Positions 49,601 through 61,399 of a stretch of DNA of 64,000 nucleotides are shown here, piece by piece. The notes under the pieces were generated by a model. The model had not been told where the DNA came from. It ran no database searches and was given only the letters and a program-made list of their open reading frames with translations. This DNA is from Nageia nagi (lineage: Eukaryota; Plantae; Pinophyta): positions 116,312,001 through 116,376,000 of the forward strand of contig JBITNC010000001.1 in NCBI GenBank assembly GCA_050084985.1. Direction: 5' to 3'. Position numbers and translations under genes: made by a program. How positions within the stretch are numbered: position 1 is the first letter of the stretch; each line of letters opens with the position of its first letter.

Positions 49601-50575
49601 GAAGACTTGGATCATATGGATCCAAATGATGATTGTAAAATCTTAGTAAGGTGTGATTTTTTGAGTGAAACTTTGTGTGAGGAGCAACATTTGGTTGCAT
49701 ATGTAATTAGCCAATGTGTGGCTATGTATTGTCTCAAAGTGTGTGTAGACATTTGTGAGAGAGTAGTGTGGTATAATGATTATTCTGAAATGATGAGAAC
49801 ATACTCATGTGGAGTATGCTATGATGTAATGAATGCAAGAGCAAATGACTACTTGCAAACATGGTTTAAACACCATATAAAAAATGAGAGAGATGAAAGA
49901 ATGGTTCAAACACCATTGTGAGAGAGATTGGTTCTTGAAAACCAATACTTATAGCATTGATGGAATACCACTACAAGAATGGTTTGAGGACCATGAAGAA
50001 GAGAGAATATGGTTGTTGAAGACCATAGAGACTTTTGTTGAAGGGGGAGCTACTCAACAAAAGGAGGCACTCAATGAAGGAGCAACATCAACAACAATGA
50101 AGAAAACTCCATACAACAAGTGGAAGGAGTGCCACCACTTATTTCTTGAAAATTTTGATTTTCTTTTGTATGATTGGAGGAAACGAAAAAGGTTATGTTT
50201 CTTCCAACTTTGTGATGATTAAGAACTCTTGCATGAGTTACTTAGCATCAAAGGGGAGAATGTTGGAATTATACCCTACATATCCCTAAGTCCTAAGTTA
50301 ATAGATTAATTAATTAGGATTAAGAGTATTTCCTAAAGTATTAATATTAGCTTGTGAGGAATATTTGGTCTATGTTGACCATATTCCATACTTAGCCTAT
50401 TTGTTAGGATAGGCATCACTTATTGTCTTGTAGTTCACGTAGGTGTGCTATTTGTGATATTTGTTATGGTGTGAGAATATTGCATCTCAACCATTTAGCT
50501 TGTCTTGTAATGGCTCACAAAGCCTATATATGTAACTCATTTTTATGATTAATATAGAACATTATAGTTCTCTCA
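46611..50575 (+). mobile_element. Young non-autonomous copia-derived element (TR-GAG-like): 315-bp LTRs (46611-46925, 50261-50575), TSD AACAC
   Basis: LTRs differ at 2 positions. Perfect PBS TGGTATCAGAGC at 46928, PPT AAGGGGAGAA, and AACAC at 46606-46610 and 50576-50580. Confidence 0.95.
48417..50222 (+). pseudogene. Disrupted ORF: copia Gag N-terminus fused to an unknown acidic Glu/Asp/Cys/Met-rich region
   Basis: VPKFDGQNYA*WSIIMKTLVKAKDLWSIIEDGY...IANCKSATIAWKALK is copia gag-like (DUF4219/UBN2 type). Stops at 48435, 48522 and 49131, and frameshifts at about 49150 and 49880. Confidence 0.8.
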
Positions 50576-50850
50576 AACACTCTTTAAGGATATGATGATC
50601 TATCTCAATATGAAGTTGGTGCGAGTAATCCTCATTTAACTAAGAGGGAATTTGAGGCTATGTGATATTTATAGTCTTATGATATTAAGAATGATGATAA
50701 CACCATTTTCCAATCTCATGAAAACCTAATGATAATGTGAGAGCTTTGGAAAAAGTGGTTCTTTCAATTCAATCCAAGTTAACCTCAAATAAGCCAAATA
50801 TATTTCCTTCATGATCCCTTTGTTGATGTCTCTAGTAGAGATCATGTCTG

Positions 50851-51992
50851 TGTAATATTCCAAAATTTAGATGTTCCATTTTTATGGCCACTTAGAAATG
50901 GGACAATCCTCTTCATTGTGAATTTCTAGCATTTAGAGTAATTTTAGCATCTTTTGTAATATTTTGGTGTCAGTGGGACACAATAAAATTAATTTCTTAC
51001 CCTATGATGATGTACACCTCATTGTTGGATGAAAAAATGCATTATTTGAGCATCCTAAGGTGGATGTCCCTCTTCTAGGGGTGTTAGAGTGATTTTTAGT
51101 TAATTTAGGTGTCTTTATTTATTTTAATAAAGAATGAACCCATATTTGTAACTTGGGGATCTAATTTGACTCCTCAAGGTGAGATGCCCAACTAGGAGAG
51201 TAGATTATAATTTCTAGGAGTAATTTTATGTTTTTGGACTAGGTCAACCAATCATGCTTTTATGAGCTTAAGGGGTATTTAAGGATAAGTTCTCCTTGAG
51301 GAAGGCATCTATCTTTCATCTATCAATTTATTAATTTTGGTCAACCTTTGGAGCATGTGGATAGATCAGTTGTTTATCCTTTCCTTTGTGTCTTGTAAAA
51401 CCCTTGAGAGTAGCTTCCACCTAGGCCTTGGTACCTTCTATATTAGAAAATTAGCCTCAAATCTATAATGGAAGCCTTGGATCTTCATTTGCAATTTTGA
51501 GTGAACATCTACACAATTCATCTAGCTTTGGAGGTAGAGTGAGGACCTTGGAATCCTAAATTTTCCTTAGGAGTGAGACGTCAAGCTTGAGAAGATAATC
51601 TTTTGCTATTTTAGAGGCTTTATCATGGTGTTAATAGCTCCCTAGTGGGACACCACTCCTTTGGAGTGATCTTGTTCTCCTTGAGGATTCAATCTTGGTT
51701 CATCTTAATATTTTTAGGCAATTGGTATTTATCTCATATTTTTTGTATCTTGTTATTTTTTCTAAATTATGGAAAATTTGTGCATGAGTTTTTTTGCCCT
51801 AATTTTTAGTATTTTAAGAAGTTGCATGGTTCTTCCCATTTTTATGAGCAATTTGGTGAATGTTTGAGTTAATTTCCATTTCTACATAAGCTAGGAAATC
51901 ATCATGAAATTTACTAAGTTTAGAGTAATAAGGAAAATTGGAATTTGTTGTTTTTGCTATAAATTTTGCACTTCCTAGTTTGGAATATTTCA
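50851..51992 (+). mobile_element. Probable solo LTR, related to the 28897-31798 LTRs
   Basis: Terminal inverted repeat TGTAATATTCCAAA...TTTGGAATATTTCA. Same 5' terminus as the reverse complement of the 29738 and 31798 ends. TSD is poor (GTCTG/GTATC). Confidence 0.72.
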
Positions 51993-52299
51993 GTATCCTA
52001 TGAGTATCAATTTTGTTGGATCTTAGGAGAGTTTTATCCTATGAGTATCAACACTAGTAACTATTTTTACTTGCAAGTTGTATTAAAGGTTGGAGAGCTA
52101 AGAGAGGGTATCTCTTCAAGCTAGGATTCATTGATGTAATATAATGGATTCTATTCGGTAGCCCAACAATACAGAATGATGTAGATATCAATAGGGGATA
52201 TACATCAAATTCAACCAGGATGATGGAATGAGGGACAAATCTTTTGGCTCAAATGAATCTTGAAGGCATATTGACCAAAATCATCTAAATGCGGGCCCA

Positions 52300-53036
52300 A
52301 CTAGAGCATCTTAGACTAGGTTACCATACCTCATATCCATGAAGTAGAGTTGGAGAAACAAGTGCATGGAAGAGCTTGACTTTTGCCATGATATTTCATC
52401 AACATTCTAATCAGATGCAATATACATTAATCACCCAAAGACCTTGTGAAAAAATCAATTTTATTTTAACTAGACATTTGAGAAAAAAAATAGAAAACTC
52501 ATATGGAATCTAACAAATTTAGATCCAAAACTTTTTCAAGACATTAGATTTAATTTTAGTGTAATATGGTTTCATCTCATCTAAATTTAGTTGAATGTTT
52601 TTTCAAAGGTAGTGGTATGAAAGAAGAATATCAATTTTACAACATAAGCAAATACTATTAACAATAAAAATAGTCAAAATACTCAAAGCCTAACTGTATC
52701 CACTCCTAATGTATACCTAGATTGAAAACAACAAAATTGAGGAAATTATTGGACCAAACAAGGCCTAAGATAAAATCTATGAAACATCAAGGTCATCCAT
52801 ATTATTATTAAAAAAATCTAAAGTAAAGTCTTATTTTTTTATATATTCAAACTTTTCCTCTCCCTCAAGATTAGAAATCTCCAAAATTTGAAATATTTTT
52901 TGGGGAAGAGATTCAAGGTAACATGCATTAGTATTTCAAGAATAATGCAAAATGAATTTTGGCAATGATGAAAAACTAGTAGTTAAATTCTTCCCTAGGT
53001 GTTAAAAGTGAAACATGAAATAGTTTTACAAACTCA

Positions 53037-53079
<43 letters not shown>

Positions 53080-55350
53080 TTATTTATTTATATTTATATA
53101 TATAGACACACACATACTCATCATGCAACTATCTAGACTAGCATATCTCTATGAAATTCATTAAGGATTTAATGAAAATATTGCGAAACATATTCTTAGG
53201 TTCAAGAAATATGATAAAAGAATCAAATGGTAATGATATCCTTGTGAATTTGTTTAGTTAAAAATCTAATGCCATACATATTTAAGAACATCATTTCATC
53301 TTTTAGGATTTTGTCTCAAATGTTGTTCACCAAACAAAAATTTTTACTTGAGGTGGGAATAGTCAAATATTGAAATCCTAATGGTAGTTATAATGCCAAA
53401 AAAACCTTTCCTATAAAGAAAAATAATAATAACCAGTGAATATGGCTAAAGGTAATGCTCAAACAATTCAACTAATAAGATCTCAAACTCAAAGAAATGG
53501 TAAATGTTTTTCCTTATACTAGGAAGCATAATCCCTCATCACTTGTGACAAAAATAGTTGATCATATTACATTTTAAAGAGTTGAAGATTATAACAATAT
53601 AATTAAATTGATTTGGTTCTAAGAAGCATCATATTGTGGTTACCATCTGACTCAAGCTCATACCACTAATCAATGTATCAAACTTAAAAAATAAATTTAG
53701 TGATGATTAATGAAGAGACGTATGTTTACCCAACTATAGTATTGACCAATAATCAAGATAAAAATCAAAATGAGGATGTCAACAATAGTAAAGGAATTAT
53801 AATATATAATTATAATTTATGTGGGGCCTACTTTCCCAATATCACATCTACAAATCATTTTTGGAGTCAATTTAAAAAAATAATATTGCAAGAGAAGAAA
53901 ACAATCTTCTAAAATGGAAATTGTTCGAAATCCAAAGCCCAAAATTCCAATGTTATAGGATGCCATACCTTAAGTGTTAATGTTCTAAAAATTAAAAATT
54001 AAAACACCAATCATATGACACCACATTATGAATGCTATTATTTTGGGTTACCAAATTTAGAATGGCAACATTATAGGATGTCCATCCAAGAAGGTCTACA
54101 TAAAAGATAGCATACCATATTCATTCATAAATAATAATTATATCAAGTTTAAGATCCAAGTATAATCTCAATATGGGTAAACCATAATATTGCACAAAAG
54201 AGTAGTTGAGAATCATAGTGGAAATTCAACATTTTATATCAACATGATTAGGAACCATCTATATATGAGGATAAATATGATGAAAACTATGATACAATCC
54301 AAATCCCTTCCCATGATTCTAATCCATACTTCAATTATACTATATATTTGATTACCTATATAACTTTTTTATCTACTTGTTTAAGGATGAAAATAAAGAA
54401 AAATATTCTATCTCCTTTGACTTATCCAATACTGAAATATGTGACCCTTATGATGAAACTCATAATACCACTAAAAATTATCTTCAACTAAAGTTAAGAA
54501 CAAGTTCTATTATTATGAGCACATGCTTACAAGACATGAAATATCACATCTATTTTATATGGGAAGGACTTGTGCTCATCTCTTCAAATAATGACACAAT
54601 TCCTATGGTATACAAACCATCTACCATGAATGGTAAATATCATTCACTATTGTACCACCTAAAGTATGTTACTTAAATTTTCCCTTGTGTTTTGTATTAT
54701 GAATTAGTATTAACTTAGGATTAATCACATCTAAAATAATTAAAATATAACATAGCTTTCAGTTGCATTATGATATTTAGAAAAATTGCATATGTGCATT
54801 TATCAAACCTAGATTAATCTACATTTATAACCTCATATTGAATGCATATCTTATTGAATATTGAATACTTCTATGATTATCCCAATAATTACTCAATTTC
54901 ACCCTTACATGAATGTTTCATTTTCCTTTTTTGGCATTTATTTACAATTTTCTTTCCTTTATGAGGAGCTCCTCAAATGTTTCTTTGATTTTCATTATTC
55001 ATTTTTACTTTTGATTGACAAACATTTCTCATAGTCTTCATGATTTGCACTGATCAATTTATTGGTTTTGGTGAAACCTTGTTGATTTCAGAATTAAAGT
55101 AACATCTTCAAGATGAATAAAAATCTCAAGTAATAATAACCTTTATATTGAAGAATTTATAGATAAGTGTGTGCATTTTACAGAAAATTATGTTGATATA
55201 TGGATGTTATTATTTGATGGCTCAAAATGACCCCATGTTGCAGGGATAGGAATAATACTCATTCTACAGATAATGAGGGAATCCGTATATCATATAATTC
55301 ATCAACCATAAATGGTATGGAACTTCCAAAACCAAGGAACATTATGCATT
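52300..55350 (+). mobile_element. Highly decayed Tat/Ogre-like gypsy relic (gag region and extra RNase H remnant)
   Basis: YCGYHLTQAHTTNQCIKLK (CxxH..H..C) at about 53630 and WMLLFDGSK*PHVAGIGIIL at about 55201-55260. Boundaries are approximate. Confidence 0.6.
53039..53115. repeat. (TA)18 microsatellite grading into TTTA and CA repeats
   Basis: Seen directly in the sequence. Confidence 0.95.
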
Positions 55351-55922
55351 TAAAAAGGTATCATGCTTTAAATTTAATAATTTAATTAACAACATCTTCT
55401 ACATTTTCATACTAGCTTTACTAATATGTTTTGTATTTTCCTACACCCTAAGAAGTTGTTTTCCCAAAATGTGTATGCTATGGACTAATCATCCCTAGAT
55501 GCTTGCACTTATGGACCAAACATCCTTGAACACTAACATTTTGGACTTAGGGATTTCCATTGCTTTATCTCTTGAAAAATCTAGAAAACATAAACTAAAT
55601 GTATAAAATCTACATCTTTATTTCAACCATATTTTGTAATAATAATTGAAAATTATCATGTTTATATTTATTGTTTTTGAAATTACATTTTTGAATGATC
55701 ACTTGTAAAATTATAATTTACATATTAATCATTTCATACACTTATCATTTTTTTGCAATATCATTTTCTAAAATATCATTTATGTATCATGTCATTCTAA
55801 AACATCAATTTTTTATTTTTCATTCTTTGAAATATCATTTGTGGGATCATCAAATTTTGAATTATCTACTTACTCATATTGCATAATTATCAAATTTTAT
55901 ATATGTTCATGTATATTATTGC

Positions 55923-56385
55923 ATAATTTGTTGTTACTAATAAAAGGGGGTGTACCTTGTTAATACAAGACTTAGCATGTCCCTTGTTAATCATTTAGGA
56001 TAGGCACCCACACCCTCCAAATTGTCTTTTTTTTTCCACATCTCAAAGAATTTTCTTAAGATATAACCTAAAATAAAAGATGAAACTAACACCATTTCCC
56101 TTTCTTTGAAAGAATATGTTTATATAAACTCTTTTAAATGATTAACAAGGGGCACACTGAATCTTAACATTAATAATTTGTTTTTACTAATAAAAGGGAG
56201 TGCACCTTATTAATATCTAGACTTAGCATTCCCTTGTTAATAATTTAGGATAGGCACCCACACCCTCCAAATTGTATTTTTTTTTCCTACATCTCAAAGA
56301 ATTTTCTTAAGATATAACATAAAATAAAAGGAGCAACTAACACCACTTCCCTTTCTTTGAAAGAATATGTTTATCTAAACTCTTT
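55923..56385. repeat. About 250-bp direct duplication with a short inverted segment between the copies
   Basis: ATAATTTGTT.TTACTAATAAAAGGG.GTG.ACCTT at 55923 and 56174. About 56134-56173 is an inverted copy of about 55960-55998. Confidence 0.8.
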
Positions 56386-57974
56386 TTTATCCTTTTCAAC
56401 CTTTAAGGGAAGGAAAGGTATCTAACTAAATCATGATAAGTTTGATCATTTCATGTTTTTAGAGATTCCTCTTCTTTTTTACTTTGCCTAATATATGTTT
56501 TAAAGGATCCTCACAATAATAATAGTGTGAACCTTCAAAAAGTTTTGTATCCTTTTGATTTTTGGAATGTGATATTTGTAGAGAGATGATATGTGGATTG
56601 TACTACCATTATGCAAATGATAATCTATTGTTTATGTTGTGCAAAATATTTATAGGAATAACCCAAGAATTTACTCATATTATTTTTGTATTATTTCATC
56701 CATTTGGGGATGAAATTGAATTCCTACTGATTTGGATGCCATAAAACTCAAAAATCCTTCCAAACATTGCTTGTAAGTATGTGATCTCTATCACACACAA
56801 TATTCCTTGATGTTGGGATGGAAAATTTTTATCTTACTCGATGATCATTTTAATATGATCAAAATGGGAAAGCAACCAAACATTTAGGTGAGAATGCATT
56901 TCTGATATCCTCTTGTAAGAACTGATACCCTAAGGTTTCTTACAAAGCTTGTGTAGTGAATACAAGATTAAATAGTGTAGATCTTGTTTGGGAACCAACT
57001 AAGTGGTGGGATAGAGATGGTAACCATTAATACACATTTTTATATGGAATGAGGTGTTTATTAGGGAATAGTCCAAAAGTTACTATGGATTTTAAAGAAA
57101 GAAAAACTAAAGAAAATAAAAAGGATGAGAATGTTTTGATACTGGTGAAATGACTAAGGAAAGGTCAAAATTGAGCAGTGTCCAATATTTATAGCTTCTA
57201 GATTGGGCAAGAAGTCTCATTCAAAGTCTTCCAACTTGAGAATAAAATGATCTAAGTCCAATCTAATCTCAAGAGGAGTGGGAAGAAAAGCTGCTATCGA
57301 TACACCTAAGTGTAATTGATAAGTAATCAAAATAAAGACACGACACAACGAGTGTGCACAAACTTCATTTTGAATGAAAGATTCTAATTGGATATCATAG
57401 AATAAATAAAATCTCAAAATATGTACACTTATCGTGCAAACTATGGATATCATTATTTTACAAAGATCTTGTATGTTATTAACATGCAAATATTTTGAAT
57501 ATTTATTTGTAACCACTAACTTCATTATTTTAACTCTAGATTTAAGAATCCCTCAATGAAGATCATCTATTTTAATATTTTTCTAGTATTACTAATAGTT
57601 GTCAAAGATCAAGGGATTTAACATTTTCTCCTTTACTTATTTGATATGCTTCACACTCTCACAAAATTGTTGATGTTCTCTTTATTTCATTTCAAAAAGG
57701 ATGATTATTTCACCCTCTAATATGTTTTGTTTAGAAATCCTAAATGACCAACAAATTATGAGGTATGCAATTCTTATAGTGTCCCTTCCTTTACCTTTGA
57801 ATATTTCATCAAAAATACTATATTATTGATTCTTATCATGTTCTCTATGAATACTCTTAATCTAATATTTTTCCTACTTAATTCTTTTGAATATTTTGGG
57901 ATATTTGTAGGTCCTTTATCCATTCTTCCTTATCTTATTCAATCCATATAGGTATAGGGAAAGAAATAGTATAA

Positions 57975-58075
57975 ATGGATATGAAGTTTTCATATTGTTT
58001 AGAGAGAGCATCTACCACCATATTTTATCTTCCATTATGCTTTATCTCAAAACCATACCCCAGTATCCTACTCAT
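57975..58075 (-). mobile_element. Small gypsy RNase H-end fragment
   Basis: Minus strand reads ILGYGFEIKH...NMVVDALSK, resembling the gypsy consensus LLGYDFEI.Y..GK.N.VADALSR. Confidence 0.55.
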
Positions 58076-61000
58076 CCACTTATCTTATTCAAGGAATGAA
58101 AGGTGTTTCTCTAAGAAGTGTTTGAAGTTGTTGTGATTTATATTGATTTTCAAGTATTTCACCTTAAATATGGATTTCATTTTTAAAATGCATGCAAATT
58201 TTTCACATGTTTACTTACCATGAATTTTTCCCAAAATTTATTTACTCCCAAAGGATAATGAATGGTTTTTTTGCATTAAAAGTACATCAATACTTATTCT
58301 TGAAGCATCACATTCTATGATAAATGGTTTGCTAAAATTAAGGTTGGTAAAGCTTGAGGTAAGGAAATGGCTTCCTATAGATCATTGACTGGTCTAGTAA
58401 CTGCTTATATCTAAGTGAATATATCCTTTTTGGTGCTATTAATGTTGTTTCAATCTTTCCATTATCTTTCACAAATTTCATCAAGGTAAACACTAGCGGT
58501 GAATCATCATATATGTACAAAATTAGCAATTCAAAAAATTTCATTTGGTAAGTTTGGTGGGCCCTGATTTTTAAATCCTCATCATAATTTTAGGGAGTAA
58601 TATTAAATACATAGGTAGCCTTTAAAAAATATAGGATTTTCATTCATCCTTGAAATTATAACAAGTGTTAATTATTAATTATTCTAAAGACATCGCCACT
58701 TGTTCCTCGCAATATATAAACTAAATGCAATACAATATTTCAAAAATCCATTTGATTTTTAATCAGAGTAACAAGCTACATGAATCATTTTAGAAGCAAA
58801 ATTATCTTTTTGTATTAAAAAATCTCCATCATAATGATAAAACCCCAAGGCCCATGATAGTTAAATTTTAATTTTTTTGAAAAGATATAATTGTGACGAA
58901 TATAGAATGACAAGGTTGAGGCTATGAAAAACACTAAGGACCAAGCCATATTGAAGGAAAAGGTTTAGCCTTATCATTATAAAAGGCCAAAGCCCTATCG
59001 AACAACATGATCCAAGATTAGTCATTCGATAAGATAAGAGCCTAATTGTTTGATTATGTACATTTGGAATAAAACACCTAAATTTTGGTGCAATAAGTAT
59101 GGTTCAATTTTATGCCAAAATGGGTGTTTGTAATAATAAAGTCCACAATTAAATTCATAGTAAATCAAATGTTATATACTTTATAAGTTTTCTTTTGATT
59201 ATGAACGTTTTGAAGAAAATGCTTAGATTTTGAAGGAATAAGTGTAAATATATTCTACATGAAAATGGTTATCCAAAATGATGAATTTTACATCAAAACT
59301 CATAGTAGATATAAAGTTATTGACTTCTAAAATTTTCAAGAGATAGTCCTTTAAGTAACCTTTTTACCTAGTTGGATGATTATATAAAAACCTAGTTAGA
59401 TGACTAGGCATTTACCTCACTGTTTGATTAGGGAGAAACTTAATCATTTCATTAGATAAGTGCCTACTCATTAAATAGTGAAAAAAAGAACCTAGATTTT
59501 AATGTAATAAATGCTAGATTCTACACATAAATGGGTATCCAAAAATGATAAATTTAATGTTAAAATTATTAGTAAATAAAGAGTTATTAATTTCCAACAT
59601 TTTCAAATATAAAAATATAAAATCAATTTTTTGCTTACTCCAAATTTGTTTTTGCTATATATATATATATGAATTTTAATATATTATAATAATAAAGTTT
59701 AATAAAATATCTTATATATTCTAATAGCATAAAAGAAAAATGACTAAGCAAATACCTTGTTGATCGACAAGGCATTTGCCAAGTTGTGCAACTAGGCTTG
59801 CCTAATCTAGAATCCATTTTATAATATTAATGTATATACTATATTAATTATATAATAAATTTTACCCTAAATTTCATAGAAGATCATGTTATACCCAAAA
59901 AAATCCCAATGAAGACTTTTCAAGGTTTTCAAAACTAAATAATCCTTGACTACTTTGATCTTCTTAGGATCCATTTTTCCTATTGTTATCATAATATGAC
60001 CAAATGAATCAACTTTGGATCACCAAAGCAACATTTATAAATCTTGAAAATTATTTTTTCCTTTTCCAAATAATGCATAACTTATTCAAAATGATGCAAT
60101 TGATTGTATAATATTTTATTGTCATTAAAAAATACCAACACAAATTTCTCAAGAAGGATTTGACATAAAATTTAGAAGAATCTAAAATATGGATGGTAAA
60201 TTAGTAAGACCAAATGGTATATCCAAAGTTTCATAGTGTCCCTCATGGTTTCTTGAAGTTATCTTATGGAGTATTGTGATCTCAAGTATTAGTAAATGTT
60301 TTTATCCCCATATGACTCATCTAACAAATTATTAATAACATGAATTAGAAACTAATCTTTGATGGTGATATTATAGATATCTTTGTTATAACTGAAATAA
60401 TAATTAATTAGGGTCATTCAAGATAGTTAATTTAACCAAATAATAACAAAATAGTAGTAACATGAAAAATGATAATGATCTTAATTGATCCTGACCTATC
60501 AATCTAGATTGATGAAGGATACAAACTTGTACTTTACTTGTCATGATGAACGAAGGTGATGAATGATGAACATTATTTTTTATTATTTAAGCCACCAATC
60601 CATCCTCAACCCAATGATAATGCTAGGATCCCAACAACATCACCATTATTACCTTTCCAATTTTCTTTATCCTTTTGCTTGATATCATTGATATTCCTTC
60701 GAAGATTAGAATATCATGCATAATGGGTTTGAAGGATATCAGGAATGTAGAGCTTAATGGATAACAAAATCCAAATATGATAAGTGGCATTGAGAAACAT
60801 CGATCAATAATGACGTGAGTATATTACCACCTATCAAGTATTTCATATCATATCATGATTTCTCATGTATAACCCTTCTACCTTTATAGATAGAGGGTCT
60901 AGTGCCAAGGCTCCTCCTTTTGCTTATGGTGCACATGGACCAAAACCCCTTCTTAGGCTTATCTTCGAATTGACTTGTTATCATAAAATAAAAAGGTATA

Positions 61001-61399
61001 TAAGTGTGTACAATGATAAGAGTGATAAAATAATTAAATAAATGAATTATTACAAATACTTGAAAGAGATATTTTAATTAAATTAAAATTCCTTTTTAGG
61101 TGTTAATAGATACCCCACTTTGTATATGATTTGATACTTTTGGGAAAAAATAAAATCAAAGCATAAAATCAAAGTATAAAAAATAAGGAAGAAAATACTC
61201 CCTAAAAAAGTTTCTTCATGATGATAAATTTGGATTCCCCAATTTTTACCAATGTTATGCCCCATGTTTGGATTGGTTTTGACTTGATGGACCTCTCATC
61301 ATAAGAGCAACCCAAGTCAAAGATAAAGGAACCTATTATAATCTTAAACAATAAATATTATGTGCAAGATATTTCAATCATAAACATTAAACATCATAT

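Noticed and set aside
48537-50222. Acidic ORFs as a host gene
   Set aside because: They are enclosed by LTRs, PBS, PPT and TSD, fused to copia gag and disrupted. Reported as element cargo instead.
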